A DNA stretch of 64,000 bases from Octopus sinensis (Eukaryota): positions 33,232,001-33,296,000 of the forward strand of contig NC_043013.1 of NCBI RefSeq assembly GCF_006345805.1, written 5' to 3'. A program made the translations under genes and the position numbers. A model generated the notes under the pieces. The model made no database searches and had not been told where the DNA came from. It saw nothing but the letters and a program-made list of their open reading frames with translations. This document shows positions 43,616-56,053 of this stretch, one piece after another. Positions within the stretch are counted from its first letter, which is position 1, and every line of letters starts with the position of its first letter.

Positions 43616-44779
43616 AAAAACATAGATAAAACATTGTGGAAATAAACGCATAAACAACATTTGAAAGAAGATATATTCCTAAAACTGAAACGGTGTAAAG
43701 AAATTGTAAATCAAAGTATTTCCCAAGAAACCGTGTTTATATAAAATATGTCCATGAAATATTTTACTAGTAGAAATGTGAGTATTCCCCAGGGCATATA
43801 TTTTTCACACATACTATTGTAATTGATATTCATATTTTGTAACTATGAAATTAGAAGCCTTTTTGGAAACGTCCGCTGATGAGCTTAATATATAGAAATG
43901 ATCGTATTTGTATTGTATTTTGTGATGTGGATTTTATTATATTTTTATAGTATTTAAACTTTGCGCCAACTGGAATCATTTTTAAGGAAATTTATGGAAG
44001 ACATTTAACTTAAAATCACAAACATATAAAAAAAAGTATGCCTTTATGTATATGCATATATATGCATGTGTATACATATGATTATATATGAATATATGTG
44101 TGTGTATTTACGTGTGTATAGGTATACTGACGCAAACAGGAAAAATAGAACTTAGAATGTGAATATATGTGTTATTTTATTAATATTTAGCAGAAGTAAC
44201 AGAGTGACTCACTTGATAAGTACCAACACACGAAACTCTCGGAAAATTGAGTCACTGTGTTATTTCTTCTATATATATATAACAATTTGTTTCCCTTCAA
44301 TATGACTTATAGTTTCGCAAGCCTCTGACAAAGCCTACCTCGTTCAAGCTCAGATTACCGAATGAAGGAATACAGAAAATTCAAAATGGGCTGCTATTGG
44401 ACAAGATGTGGAGGAAATTCATAGGATGTGTTTTCGTTTTATCGTGTTTTCTTAGCTCGTAAGTTGAATTGCAATTGAGAGAATAATTCTTGATATTTAA
44501 TGTTTTATAGTAATAAAAATTATGTCAGAATTGAATAAATCAACACAAGATCTTTTAATTTCTAAACTGATATGATAAACATGTGATTCATGCATACAAC
44601 ATATATACTTGAATGAATGTATGGGTCAATGTATGCATGTAACTATGTGTATGTATATAGTTATGTATATGTGTGTATGTATGTATATATAAATGTGCGA
44701 TTGTTATGTACATTTGCGTGTATGATGGCCTCCAACTCCTGACCGAGGAAGACTATTGCTGACGATCTGGAACAGTTGT

Positions 44780-45060
44780 ACGCTCTTGGGCTAATTTATA
44801 TTTTGCATTTGCGGCTCCGTTGGTGGCTAACGAGCCTGGCTCTTGCCAAACATACACGACTGCAAACATTGCAGACCAAGCTTTTCCCATTCACTACACC
44901 AGCAGTGTGATTTAGAGCAGCACGCTCAAGTTCTTCATGTCAAGAACAGGATCAACCTCGCAATTTCGGCTGATTAATCTTGAGATTGCTCCAATCTGGC
45001 CAACCACAAGGAAAAACTTAGCTAAGAGCATTAGATTCCTCGGAAAAAGGATCGGATGTG
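44780..45060 (-). mobile_element. 3' fragment of an RTE-like LINE with a C-terminal C2H2-type finger
   Basis: Minus translation GKSLVCNVCSRVCLARARLVSHQRS resembles the RTE C-terminal CxxC...GLxSHxRxH motif. Confidence 0.6.
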
Positions 45061-45155
45061 TACGAAACAAGGACAGAAAAACGGACGATGTTACACGAAT
45101 ATAAATACAAAAGAAATAATAATACGAATATAAATACAAAAAAACAATAATAATA

Positions 45156-45188
<33 letters not shown>

Positions 45189-46009
45189 GGACATAAAAGC
45201 AAGCGCCTTTCGACTTTGGACGAATTGAATGCAGCTGGTGTATTGAGTGATAATTAAGCCTTACGGCAGACTAAAACAGCGGTGTTATCATGCCCGTGGT
45301 CCAACGCAAAAGAGCTACTAGTCGGTCAGCGGTCACGTGAGAAGAGAGATAACCGATGTCGGTGTATTTTCTTTCCGTAACTTAGCGGTTCGGCAAACTA
45401 CGCCGATAGAGTAAGTACGAGGTTTGCAAAGAATAAGGCCTGAGGTCAATTTCATCGTCTAAAGGTGGTGCTCCAGCATGACTGCCGTCATATGACTGAA
45501 ACAAATGAAAGAATGAAAGAATACCTGTATGTATAAATATGTGTGTGAGCGTGTATGCATGAATGCACGTGGCGCATCTGACTGTACTACATATTTACAA
45601 TCATGGGCTCGATTCCCGGATCGGGCAGAGCGTCGTAATTTTGAGGCAAACACTTCATTTCGCGTTTTTCTGCGAAGAATAGAAGAATCCTTGGCGCAGA
45701 GGCAGAGATGTATTACAAAATAATCTTCCGGCACGCTACACTCCGAATTCAAATCCCACCTGCACGGAGAGGACAACGAGAAGCAAGTCCAGTATTCATC
45801 CGAATTTCCAGTAACCCTTAACAGCGGCAGAGGAGGATGCAGCTCTTCTCAGGCTAAATAGAATGGCCTGGAGAAAGTTCGCGTGAACAACTTCACAAAG
45901 GGTTTACTACGACTACGCTATATATAATATATATATATATATATGTATGTATGTATGCATATATATGTATATATATGTGTGTGTCTGTGCATGTGTTTGT
46001 GTGTGTGTC

Positions 46010-46365
46010 TGTGTGTGTGTGTTGTGTTTGTCTGCCATAACCGCTTGACACCCAGAGTTGGTGTGTTTACGTCTCCGTAACGTAGCGGCCAGGCAAAAGA
46101 AAAACGATAGAATAAGCTCTGGAGTCGATTTGTTCAACTAAAATCCCTTCAAGTTTGTGCTGCAGTATGGCCACAGTAAAATGAGTGAAAGAAGTAAAAG
46201 AATAAAAGAGTGCATATCTGTATAGCATATAGTTCGTATCCAGTTAAATGAAGAAAAGAAATTGGAAAGATGAAAGTTAATTATTTGTTATTAACAATTT
46301 GGTTGAAGAAAAAAGGCATAACTTCTCTGATAAAATTACGCTCATAGCATATTGAAGCAAATTTT
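46010..46365 (+). repeat. Local duplication, copy 1 (SINE B 3' half plus unique flank)
   Basis: Colinear with 47935-48270, including non-SINE sequence (TTCGTATCCAG...TTGAAGAAAAAAGGCATAA...GCTCATAGCATATTGAA). Confidence 0.85.
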
Positions 46366-46610
46366 TATGCCCAAATTTGTAATTTAATTATATTCTATTA
46401 ATGGAAACGGCTATAAGAAGTAAAGATAACCAATTTGTTAATTATAAACTATCCATTTTCTTTTCTTTATTTAACTGGATATGAACTATATGCTTAATAT
46501 ATATCAATTGATTTAAGGGAATTTCCTCCCCCAATAATACTAGGTATACCTTGGATGTAACCATCCCTGTATGAGGTTAACATATACTCTTTTACTCTTT
46601 CTCTCTCATA

Positions 46611-46641
<31 letters not shown>

Positions 46642-46828
46642 TAAATTAGAGACAAAACCACTATTATGCAAATCAAACAAAGAAAGACATAAGCCAATAC
46701 ATAAATTAATTCATATAAATTTAGAAATTTAACAATTATAAATAACCAAATCCTAAATCTGATTTTTCCCTGTAAATTTGGATTTATTCCCTAATATTTA
46801 TATAGTGTATAGTATATATATATATATA

Positions 46829-46899
<71 letters not shown>

Positions 46900-47389
46900 G
46901 CAAATGAAAGGCAAAAGACGGAATATACGAGAATATATTATTAATCACGACAATTGTTTCGACACATCTACCATCGGTTCCTCTTGGGTTGGACACTCAG
47001 CAACAAGTTCAGAAGCATCCTGTGGTGCAGATGTATCTCGTCGGGTGATAAATAAATACATGTCGTTAAACTGACTGTCCCGCAATGTAACTTACAGTTT
47101 TGTAAAGAGAGATAAGCGAGACGGTGGAAATATCTTCATTTATATAGAAAATCAAAAATAAAATCACAGATGGCAAAACGAGGAACAGTTACAGGGAGGC
47201 CAAATGTCACACAAGAAACTAGTAATCACACTCGCATGAGTAACAATTCCGTGGGGAATTGAGACGTGGTTTGGAGAATTTAAGACTAATGGAAAATGAA
47301 GACAAACGCACAAGAAATTATTGAAATCATTTATACCATCATATCACCGACATATGTTACATATGCATATATATATATATATATATATC

Positions 47390-47654
47390 ACCGTGATCAC
47401 CGTGACCGACCAGGCTATCAGATGTTGCTCCACATCGCTGGTCACAATGCGTTTCGCATTGTTTTAGCCTTGAAATGACGCCACCCTGCTGGCTAAGCGA
47501 GCAGGCTAACAGAAGGAAGAGTGAGAGAAAGTTGTGGCGAAAGAGTACTGCAGGGATCGCAACCACCCCCTGCCGGAGCCTCGTGGTCTGGGAATCGGAA
47601 CCGCGATACTACAACTGTGAATCCGCTGCCCTAGCCACTGGGCCATTGCAACTC

Positions 47655-47657
<3 letters not shown>
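47390..47657 (-). mobile_element. tRNA-derived SINE: family E body with a distinct tail
   Basis: Head GTGGAGTTGCAATGGCCCAGTGGCTAGG...GGTTCCGATTCCC; tail ACCGTGACCGACCAGGCTATCAG. Confidence 0.8.
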
Positions 47658-47735
<78 letters not shown>

Positions 47736-47934
47736 ATATAGAGAGAGTTTACGAAAAAAACAAAAGACGAAGACAGATGTATTAGTATAACGCTCAGGAA
47801 TAGAAAAAGTATTTTACGTTTGGAGCCTACGCTCTTCTACAGAAAGGGATACAGAAAAAACAAAGAGAGAAACAAGGAGAGAGAAAATGTTTGTAGTGGC
47901 TAACGATCTATCAGATGTATATGTATATATGTGT

Positions 47935-48270
47935 GTGTGTGTGTGTTGTCTTTGTCCGCCATAACTGTTTGACACCCAGAGTTGATGTGCTTACGTCTCC
48001 GTAACTTAGTGGCCAGGCAAAAGAAAAACGATTGGATAAGCTCTGGGGTCGATTTGTTCAACTAAAATTCCTTCAAGGTGGTGCTGCAGTATGGCCACAT
48101 TAAAACGAGTGAAAAAAGTAAAAGGATAAAAGCATATAATTCGTATCCAGCTAAATGGAGAAAAGAAAATGGAGAGTTGAAAGATAATAATTATTTATTA
48201 ACAATTTAGTTGAAGAAAAAAGGCATAAGTTCCCTGATGAAATTTTGCTCATAGCATATTGAAACAATTT
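47935..48270 (+). repeat. Local duplication, copy 2
   Basis: See 46010-46365; shared diagnostic GGCCAGGCAAAAGAAAAACGAT and the same SINE-internal deletion. Confidence 0.85.
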
Positions 48271-48280
48271 ATTATTATTA

Positions 48281-48325
<45 letters not shown>

Positions 48326-48482
48326 CATTATTGTTATGATATATATGTTTTGGTTTATGTTTTTCACTGTTTGATTTGCCTAATAGTGGTTTTGTCTCTA
48401 ATTTGAGATATATATAATTATACTGTAAAATTAGATTTAATCCTTAATCTAATTTTTCCCTGTAAGTTTGGATTTACTCCCT

Positions 48483-48513
<31 letters not shown>

Positions 48514-49083
48514 TACATGCATAAATATATATGTGTGTGTGCGTGTTTGCGTATGTGTTTGTGTGTGTGTGTGCGCATGTGCTTGCATGTAAATAACTGT
48601 GCTTTTGTATTTGTAGCTATCCACCACAAATGGCTTTGGTTTGCTTATATCTCTGTAACTTAGCATTTCGGCAATAGCAACCTATCGAATAAGTACCAAT
48701 CTTTGAAAAAAGGGCACACGCTACCCTTATGTATGTAAAGATGCAAAATTATATGCTTGTACGCATGCACACACACATATATATATATATATATGCGTTT
48801 GTGTTTGTATGTGTGTGTGTATGTGTGTGAGTATGCGTGTGCATGGCCTTGTATGGATTTCTGTGCTTATATATATATATACAAGTTCAATCACTCAAGC
48901 AGGGTAATGGATTTATAAATTATGACAAAAAATAAGCGTATAAAATGTTTTCATGTAATATTACGCAGAAATTCAAAGTAAATGTACAAATAAACATGCA
49001 CTAATAAAGTTAACAACAACAATAATAGTAATACTAACATGCCATTCTTGTTGTTTTTGCTCTTGTTGTTATCATTATTATCG

Positions 49084-49159
<76 letters not shown>

Positions 49160-49612
49160 GTTATTGTTATTTTTCTTTGTATTAAGATATATAGAACAAA
49201 AATTTACGGCTGAAATTATACGCTGCGATTCTGTCCTAGCCTGAGCGGAGCCTCTAGAGTCTAGCCAAAACGAATGTGTAAACAAATAAATTTTCTTAAC
49301 AAATGTATGCAAAATTAGTGTGGAGCATTTGCAGTGGTATATAGATATATATGTATATATATATACACACACACAAATACATATATATTTATATATGCAT
49401 ACATACATATATATATGTATAAATATATGTTTTGTAAATATATGTACATGTATATATGTATATATATATATATATACATACACATATATATATATGTATA
49501 TATATATGTATTATATATATGTGTGTGTGTGTGTATACTCTAACAACAGGAATACATGATGAAAGAAAATAACCATGTAGTCGTAGCAGCAGCAGCAGTA
49601 GCAGTAGTAGTT

Positions 49613-49659
<47 letters not shown>

Positions 49660-49666
49660 GGTGTTG

Positions 49667-49720
<54 letters not shown>

Positions 49721-50319
49721 TATCTAAGGTTTACTTCCTGGGAAGGCAACGCTCGTCATCATTATCCCATAGATTGCGTAAATAATTTACAAGGCTTACC
49801 TCCTTTTTCCGATGCAGAAAATATTTCATCCACCAAAAGTGCATGGACCTACCACATTACTGACAAGGAAAACTGTTGTGACGTTTCGTTTGTGGGCCTT
49901 CATCAGAAGACATATAAAGAAATGTTTTGATGGATTGAGAAACTAAAATAATATGTGAGAAGAAATGAAAATATTGGTAAAGAGTAAGAAACCAGGTGAG
50001 AACGCTGCCGTATGGGAAGCGTTTGTTTAATCATTAAGCAGAATAAGTACGCGCTAATATATCTAGATAAGTGAGGCTTCACCAAAGAAATAGTAAATGG
50101 TTTATGGCACGTAACAAAAATACCTTAAACTTACTAAGTATTATTCAGGATACCCTTCTACTAAGAATAGAGGCAGATGTGTTATGTTAGATTAGTTTTG
50201 AAGATCTATTCAGACATTACAATATAAAAAAAATATATAAGTAGAGGATAACTTTTCAAATATAACGAATGGAAGTATACAAAAATATACATTATTATCC
50301 ATTTATATTAGTTTCGTTT

Positions 50320-50725
50320 CATTTTACTCTTTTACTTGTTTCAGTCATTTGACTGTGGCCATGCTGGAGCAGCGCCTTTAGTAGAGCAAATCGATCCCAG
50401 AACTTATTCTTCGGAAGCCTAGTACTTATTCTATCCGTCTCTTTTGCCGAACCGCTAAGTTACAGCGACGTAAACACACCAGCATCAGTTATCAAGCGAT
50501 GTTGGGAGGACAAACACAAAGACATAAATACACACACATATATATATAGATATACATATATACAACGGGCTTCTTTCAGTTTCTGTCTACCAGATCCCCT
50601 CACAAGATTTTGGTCGGCCCAAGGCTATGATAGAAGACACTTGTCCAAGGTGCCACGCAGTGGGAATGAACCCGGAACCATGTGGTTGGTAAGCAAGCCA
50701 CTTACCAACAGCCACTCCTGCGCCT
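50320..50725 (-). mobile_element. SINE family B, full length
   Basis: All family B blocks present. Confidence 0.93.
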
Positions 50726-51924
50726 GTTTGAAAAATAAAAATTTGTTTTGTGGATTATTATTGTTTATACTTTGATTTACATATATATATGGGGAACAAA
50801 AATCTTTAAGACCTTAGGGCCTCTAATCCAACCCTGTGTATGGGATTATTTATTAATGCAAGAAGTTGTGAGAAGTTGTATGTATAAAAGTGCCTGGAAG
50901 CAGGCGTACGGTGCAATTGGAGTGAGAGTTAGTGTGGTGTTTCTATGATCATTTGCGTGATCCAGAGTGGCTGTATGGTCGCATTTGTTAATGGAGATGT
51001 TAGTTTGTGTGTGTAATCCTTATGTCTGGTTGTTTGAAAATATTTCTGCGAGGAAGTGAGAGGATATGCGATGGTGGAGGAATGAATATGTTGCTTAAGC
51101 AAATGATACGGCAACAGCAACGAAGAAGTTGTTATAGAAATTTATGCAGTTGTATAACACAAATATGTTGGGGTGTAAACATTTAAAAAAAAAAGTGGAC
51201 AGATATTTTTTTAAATTTGAAAACTAATGCTGAAAACGTGAAAAGGTATAACTAATACTAATAATAGTAATAACGATCATTTTTACTATGGGCACAACAC
51301 CCAAAATTTTGTAGGGAAGTGTTTAGTCAATTACATCGACCCCAATGCTCAGCTGATGGTTTTTCAATCCTGAAGGAATAAAAGTAATTTCGGAATTTGA
51401 ACTCAAGACGTCTCTACGTCTTGTTCGGCGTGCTAACACTTCTGCGAGTCGAACAGCCTTTGTACAAAAGAAGATTAAACCTTTTACTCTAGTCACAATG
51501 CTTGACCCTTTGGGAGATGGGCTCGTTGATTACTTCGACCGCAGTGTTTCACTGTTGTTTATTTAATCGATTCAAGAGGATGAAATGCAAAGAGGACCTC
51601 GACCGAATTTGAAAGCGGGATTTAAATACAGAAGAAATACTTCTACATTCTGTTCAGCGAGCTATCGCTTCTGCCAGCTCGTCGCTTTAGTCCGAAAGAA
51701 TAATAATGACAAAATATTAATGTATATAAAGGAAATATATTGACAAGGATGTATTTGAAAAACAACAAATATAATAGAAGAGGCATAGTAAAAACAAGAA
51801 CTAAACAAAAAAACATATAATTCAAAACCTAATTAAAAAATATACACTCACAAGCACACACACAAAAAAACACACACATGTAATTAATGGACATGTGTAC
51901 GTAGGAATTGGGATTCAGGTATCT

Positions 51925-51996
<72 letters not shown>

Positions 51997-52055
51997 ATGT
52001 GTGCGTATGCATATGTATATGTATATAAATATATGTGTGTATGCATATGCACATG

Positions 52056-52096
<41 letters not shown>

Positions 52097-52260
52097 TGTG
52101 TGTGTGTGTGTGTGTGCGTATAGATAGATTGATAGACAGATAAATATTTTCAGTTCTAATAAAAAACTACACCACATATCCTCGGTAATGTGTAGTGAAT
52201 GTTCCTGTGTTTCGCCCGCCATATATCGATACATACATATATACATACATATATACATAC

Positions 52261-52292
<32 letters not shown>

Positions 52293-52556
52293 ATGTATGT
52301 GTGTGTGTGTGCGTCTGTGTGTGGGTATATATATATGAATATATACAAACACATACATATTTACGCACATACATGTATATACAGACATACGCACGCGCAC
52401 ATGAGCAGAGGAATACATTCGCATGCATAGTAAATGAGGTAAGTAGTTGTTTGCCTGCCTAGATGTGTACATATAAATATAATCAAGAAATGCGCACGCG
52501 CGAGCGAGCGAGCGAGAGAGAGAGAGAGGCAGACAGAGAGAGAGAGAGAGAAAGTA

Positions 52557-52604
<48 letters not shown>

Positions 52605-52899
52605 AAATAGAAATTGGATTTTCACATTACAAGAGAAATTTCACTGATTCGAATGGCGCCCTATTATGTGGCTGAGTGACTTACTGGCAACTTGTTCAGG
52701 CCTATGTACAAAATAACAGGTTTATAGAGCAACAATAACGTCAACAACAACAACAATTATGAGGATAATAACACCACCATCATCACCATCAGCAATAAAC
52801 ATCAACAGCAGCAGTAGCAGCAGCAGTTGCAGAAGTAATCTTCTCTGTAATAACAGTAACAAGCAAAACACTGCAACACATTTACCAGCAAACTGTAAC

Positions 52900-53008
52900 A
52901 TTATCAGTAAAGACAAAACAGTGACGAATGCCAATAATTATATCATTCGCATTAAACACTACCGCCATGACCACCACTACCAGCACCGGCACAAGCACCA
53001 GCAGTACC

Positions 53009-53040
<32 letters not shown>

Positions 53041-53261
53041 CAACAACACTGCCGCTGTCAGCAGTGTCACTACCATCGCCGCTGCCGCTGCCGCTGCCGC
53101 TACCCACGCGCTCCTCCCAAGTCCAGGAGTGAAAACAACGGCAACGTCAACAACGGATTTGACAACAAAAAAAACAAACAATACCACCCCGACCACTGAC
53201 ACCACCACCATCATAATCATCATCGTCATCATCTTCATCATCATCATTATCATCATCATTC

Positions 53262-53299
<38 letters not shown>

Positions 53300-53510
53300 T
53301 TCATCATCATCATCATCATCATCATCATTATCATCATCATCGTCATCATCATCATCATTATCATCGTCATCGTCATCATCATCATCATCGTCATCATCAT
53401 CATCGTCATCATCATCATCATCATCATCATCATCGTCATCATCATCATCATCGTCATCATCATCATCGTCATCATCATCATCATCATCATCATCTTCAGC
53501 ATCATCATCG

Positions 53511-53543
<33 letters not shown>

Positions 53544-53560
53544 CCATCATCATCATCATT

Positions 53561-53591
<31 letters not shown>

Positions 53592-53767
53592 CCACCGCCA
53601 TCATCATCATTATCATCGTCATCATCATCATCATCATCATCATCACCATCATTATCATCATCAGTTCTAACAGCCTCATTTAACATCTTCATCCTCTTCT
53701 ACATTGTCGGCGCCGTCGGTCGGCATCAGTATCAAGATCATCACCGGCAACGTTGTCCCCTTCTTCG

Positions 53768-53798
<31 letters not shown>

Positions 53799-54030
53799 TA
53801 TCACCAGCGTTGCCATGATCGTCATCATCAACGTCATTGTCGTCGTCGTCGTCTTCGTCATGGTCATCATATTCTCATCATCCTCGCAACCACCACAATC
53901 ACCACCATAATAATTATCATTATCGTCACCACCCTCATGATGATCATCATGATCATGGTCATAATCAGGATCATCATTATCATCATCAACGATATCAGCG
54001 TCATCAACTTCATCATCACCATCTCTCTGA
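52900..54030. repeat. Long (CAT)n/(CGT) array with degenerate CAC/CAA flanks
   Basis: Direct reading; source of the poly-D, poly-M and poly-I ORFs. Confidence 0.96.
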
Positions 54031-54159
54031 CGATCGCGAAAGAAAAAAAAGGAACCTTACTCTGCCAAACGAGCGTAGCACGTTCCACAGCAAAAACAGC
54101 TATAACTATGACCTATCATCGGTCTGTACGTTCACATTTACCTTAGAAACAAATACATG

Positions 54160-54895
54160 TACAGGTGCAGGAGTGGCCGTATATAGGTGAAGGAGTGGCT
54201 GTGTATACGCGAAGAAATGGCTGTGTATAAGTGCAGGAGTGGCTGTGTATAGGTGCAGGGGTGACTGTGTATAGGTGCAGGAGTGGATGTGTATGGGCGC
54301 AGGAGTGGCTGTGTATAGGAGTAGGAATGGCTGTGTATAGGCGAATAGTGACTCTGTATAGGCGAAGAAGTGGATGTGTATAGGTGCAAGAATGGCTGTG
54401 TATAGGTGCAGGAGTGGCTGCGTATAGGTCAGGAGTGGCTGTGTATAGGTGCAGGAGTGGCTGTGTATAAGTGCAGGAGTGGCTGTGTATAAGTGCAGGA
54501 GTGGCTGTGTATAGGTGTAGGAGTGGCTGTGTATGGGCGAATAGTGACTGTGTATAGGCGAAGAAGTAGATATTTTATAGGTGCAGGAGTGGCTGTGTAT
54601 AGGTGAGAGACTGACTGTGTTTAGGCGAATGAGTGGCTGTGTATAGGCGCTGGAGTGGCTATGTATAAGCGCAGGAGTGGCTGTGTATAGGTGCAAGAGT
54701 AGCTGTGTATAGGTGAAGGGGTGACTGTGTATAGGTGCTGAAGTAGTTGTGTATAGGCGTAAGTGTGGCTGTGTATAGGCGCATGAGTGGCAGGGTACAG
54801 AAGGAGTTACTGTGTACCGGCGCAGGTGTGGCTGTGTACAGACAAAGGAGTGGCTGGGTATAGTTGCAGTAATGGTTCTGTACAGTAATGGTTGT
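54160..54895 (+). repeat. 22-bp minisatellite (consensus ATAGGTGCAGGAGTGGCTGTGT), ~33 units, derived from the SINE B 5' end
   Basis: The unit matches the SINE B start GGCGCAGGAGTGGCTGTGT. The array runs directly into GGTAAG...GAGTTCAGTCCCACTGCG. Confidence 0.92.
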
Positions 54896-55040
54896 GTGGT
54901 AAGAATCTTACTTTCCAACCACATGGTTCCGAGTTCAGTCCCACTGCGTATCACCTTGGGCAAGTGTCTTCTACCATAGACTTGGGCCGATCATGTGAAT
55001 TGATTTGGTAGATAGAAACTAAAAGAAACCCGTCGTCTAT
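54885..55040 (+). mobile_element. SINE family B, 5' half, continuous with the minisatellite
   Basis: CCACATGGTTCCGAGTTCAGTCCC...CACCTTGGGCAAGTGTCTTCTAC...AGAAACCCGTCG. Confidence 0.88.
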
Positions 55041-55809
55041 ATATATATATGTGTGTGTGTATATATATATATGTGAATATTAAAGCCGCACACTTATCAA
55101 AGGTGATTGTGATGATCATGACCACAATTATGATATTGATTATGACGATAAAGAGGATGATGATGGTGGTGGTGGTGATGATGCTGATGATGCTGATGAT
55201 GCTGATGATGAATATGATGATGATGATGATGCTGATGATGAATATGATGATGATGATGATGCTGAATTTGATGGTGATAATGATGATGATGATGATGAAT
55301 ATAAAGCCATGAACTCAACCGTAGCAAAAGTGACCAGCCATTATCGATTGAATCCGAAGAAGAAGGTATTGGAAAAAAGAGTGGGAAACACGAACGTAAG
55401 CAAACAATAAAACACCCTTCGCTAGCTCACGGGGCAAAATGCTTTGCGGTATTTCGTCCGTCGCTACGTTCTGAGTTCAAATGCCGCCGATGTCGACTTT
55501 GCCTTTCGTCCTTTAGCCCAATTAAAACCAATAGAAAGCATTAAAATGTAAAAACAAATAAAAAGACAAACATATAAAACAAAGAAAGAAAACATCAAAA
55601 CTAAATAAATATGTAAAATTTCCACATTTCCACGGGCAAAGTTCTCTTTGAGCTTAAAATCTATTCTAGTCATTCTACGTAGGCATAAATCAATATACAG
55701 TTGTAAAACTATATGAAGCATATAATAATTTCAAAATTATTTAAAAATGTATATTTGTAGTTCTATATTTAAGAGATGAGGAATTATTTACTTTACTTAC
55801 ATTATGTAC

Positions 55810-55940
55810 ATTTAACGAATTTTTGTCCTCATCTTGTTTGTTGTTAACACAAGGTTTCGGGTGATAAACACTCCAGCCTTCGTCAGGTGCCTTGAGGAAA
55901 TTTCGAACCTGCGTTCTCATTCCTAAGGTATTTTTTGATG
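55810..55940 (-). mobile_element. SINE family C, 3' part only, with a degenerate hammerhead motif (55846-55893)
   Basis: Minus strand: AAGGCAC-CTGACGA-A-GGCTG...CACCC-GAAA-CCTT-GTGTT. Confidence 0.8.
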
Positions 55941-55944
55941 TTAT

Positions 55945-56021
55945 GCCCGTGGGCATATGGCGTAGTGATTAAGAGCGCGAGCTACTGGCCCCAAGATTCC
56001 GAGTTCGATTCCAGGCAGTGA

Positions 56022-56053
<32 letters not shown>

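Noticed and set aside
52882-53692. Poly-Met, poly-Asp and poly-Ile ORFs (also 9.5-11.9, 15.4-17.1 and 23.4-24.3 kb) as acidic, biomineral or reflectin-like proteins
   Set aside because: (CAT)n/(GAT)n/(GAA)n arrays are stop-free in several frames on both strands, and no non-repetitive coding flanks are present.
54160-54895. Regular short repeats as a CRISPR array
   Set aside because: The units are contiguous with no unique spacers, there are no cas genes, the context is eukaryotic, and the unit equals the SINE B 5' end.
54106-54963. 285-aa ORF as a real protein
   Set aside because: It is the translation of a 22-bp tandem repeat cycling through frames, with no splice or domain support.
55950-56022. 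tRNA gene (also the other SINE heads)
   Set aside because: A/B boxes and an anticodon-like hairpin are present, but there is no acceptor stem and the sequence continues into SINE bodies.
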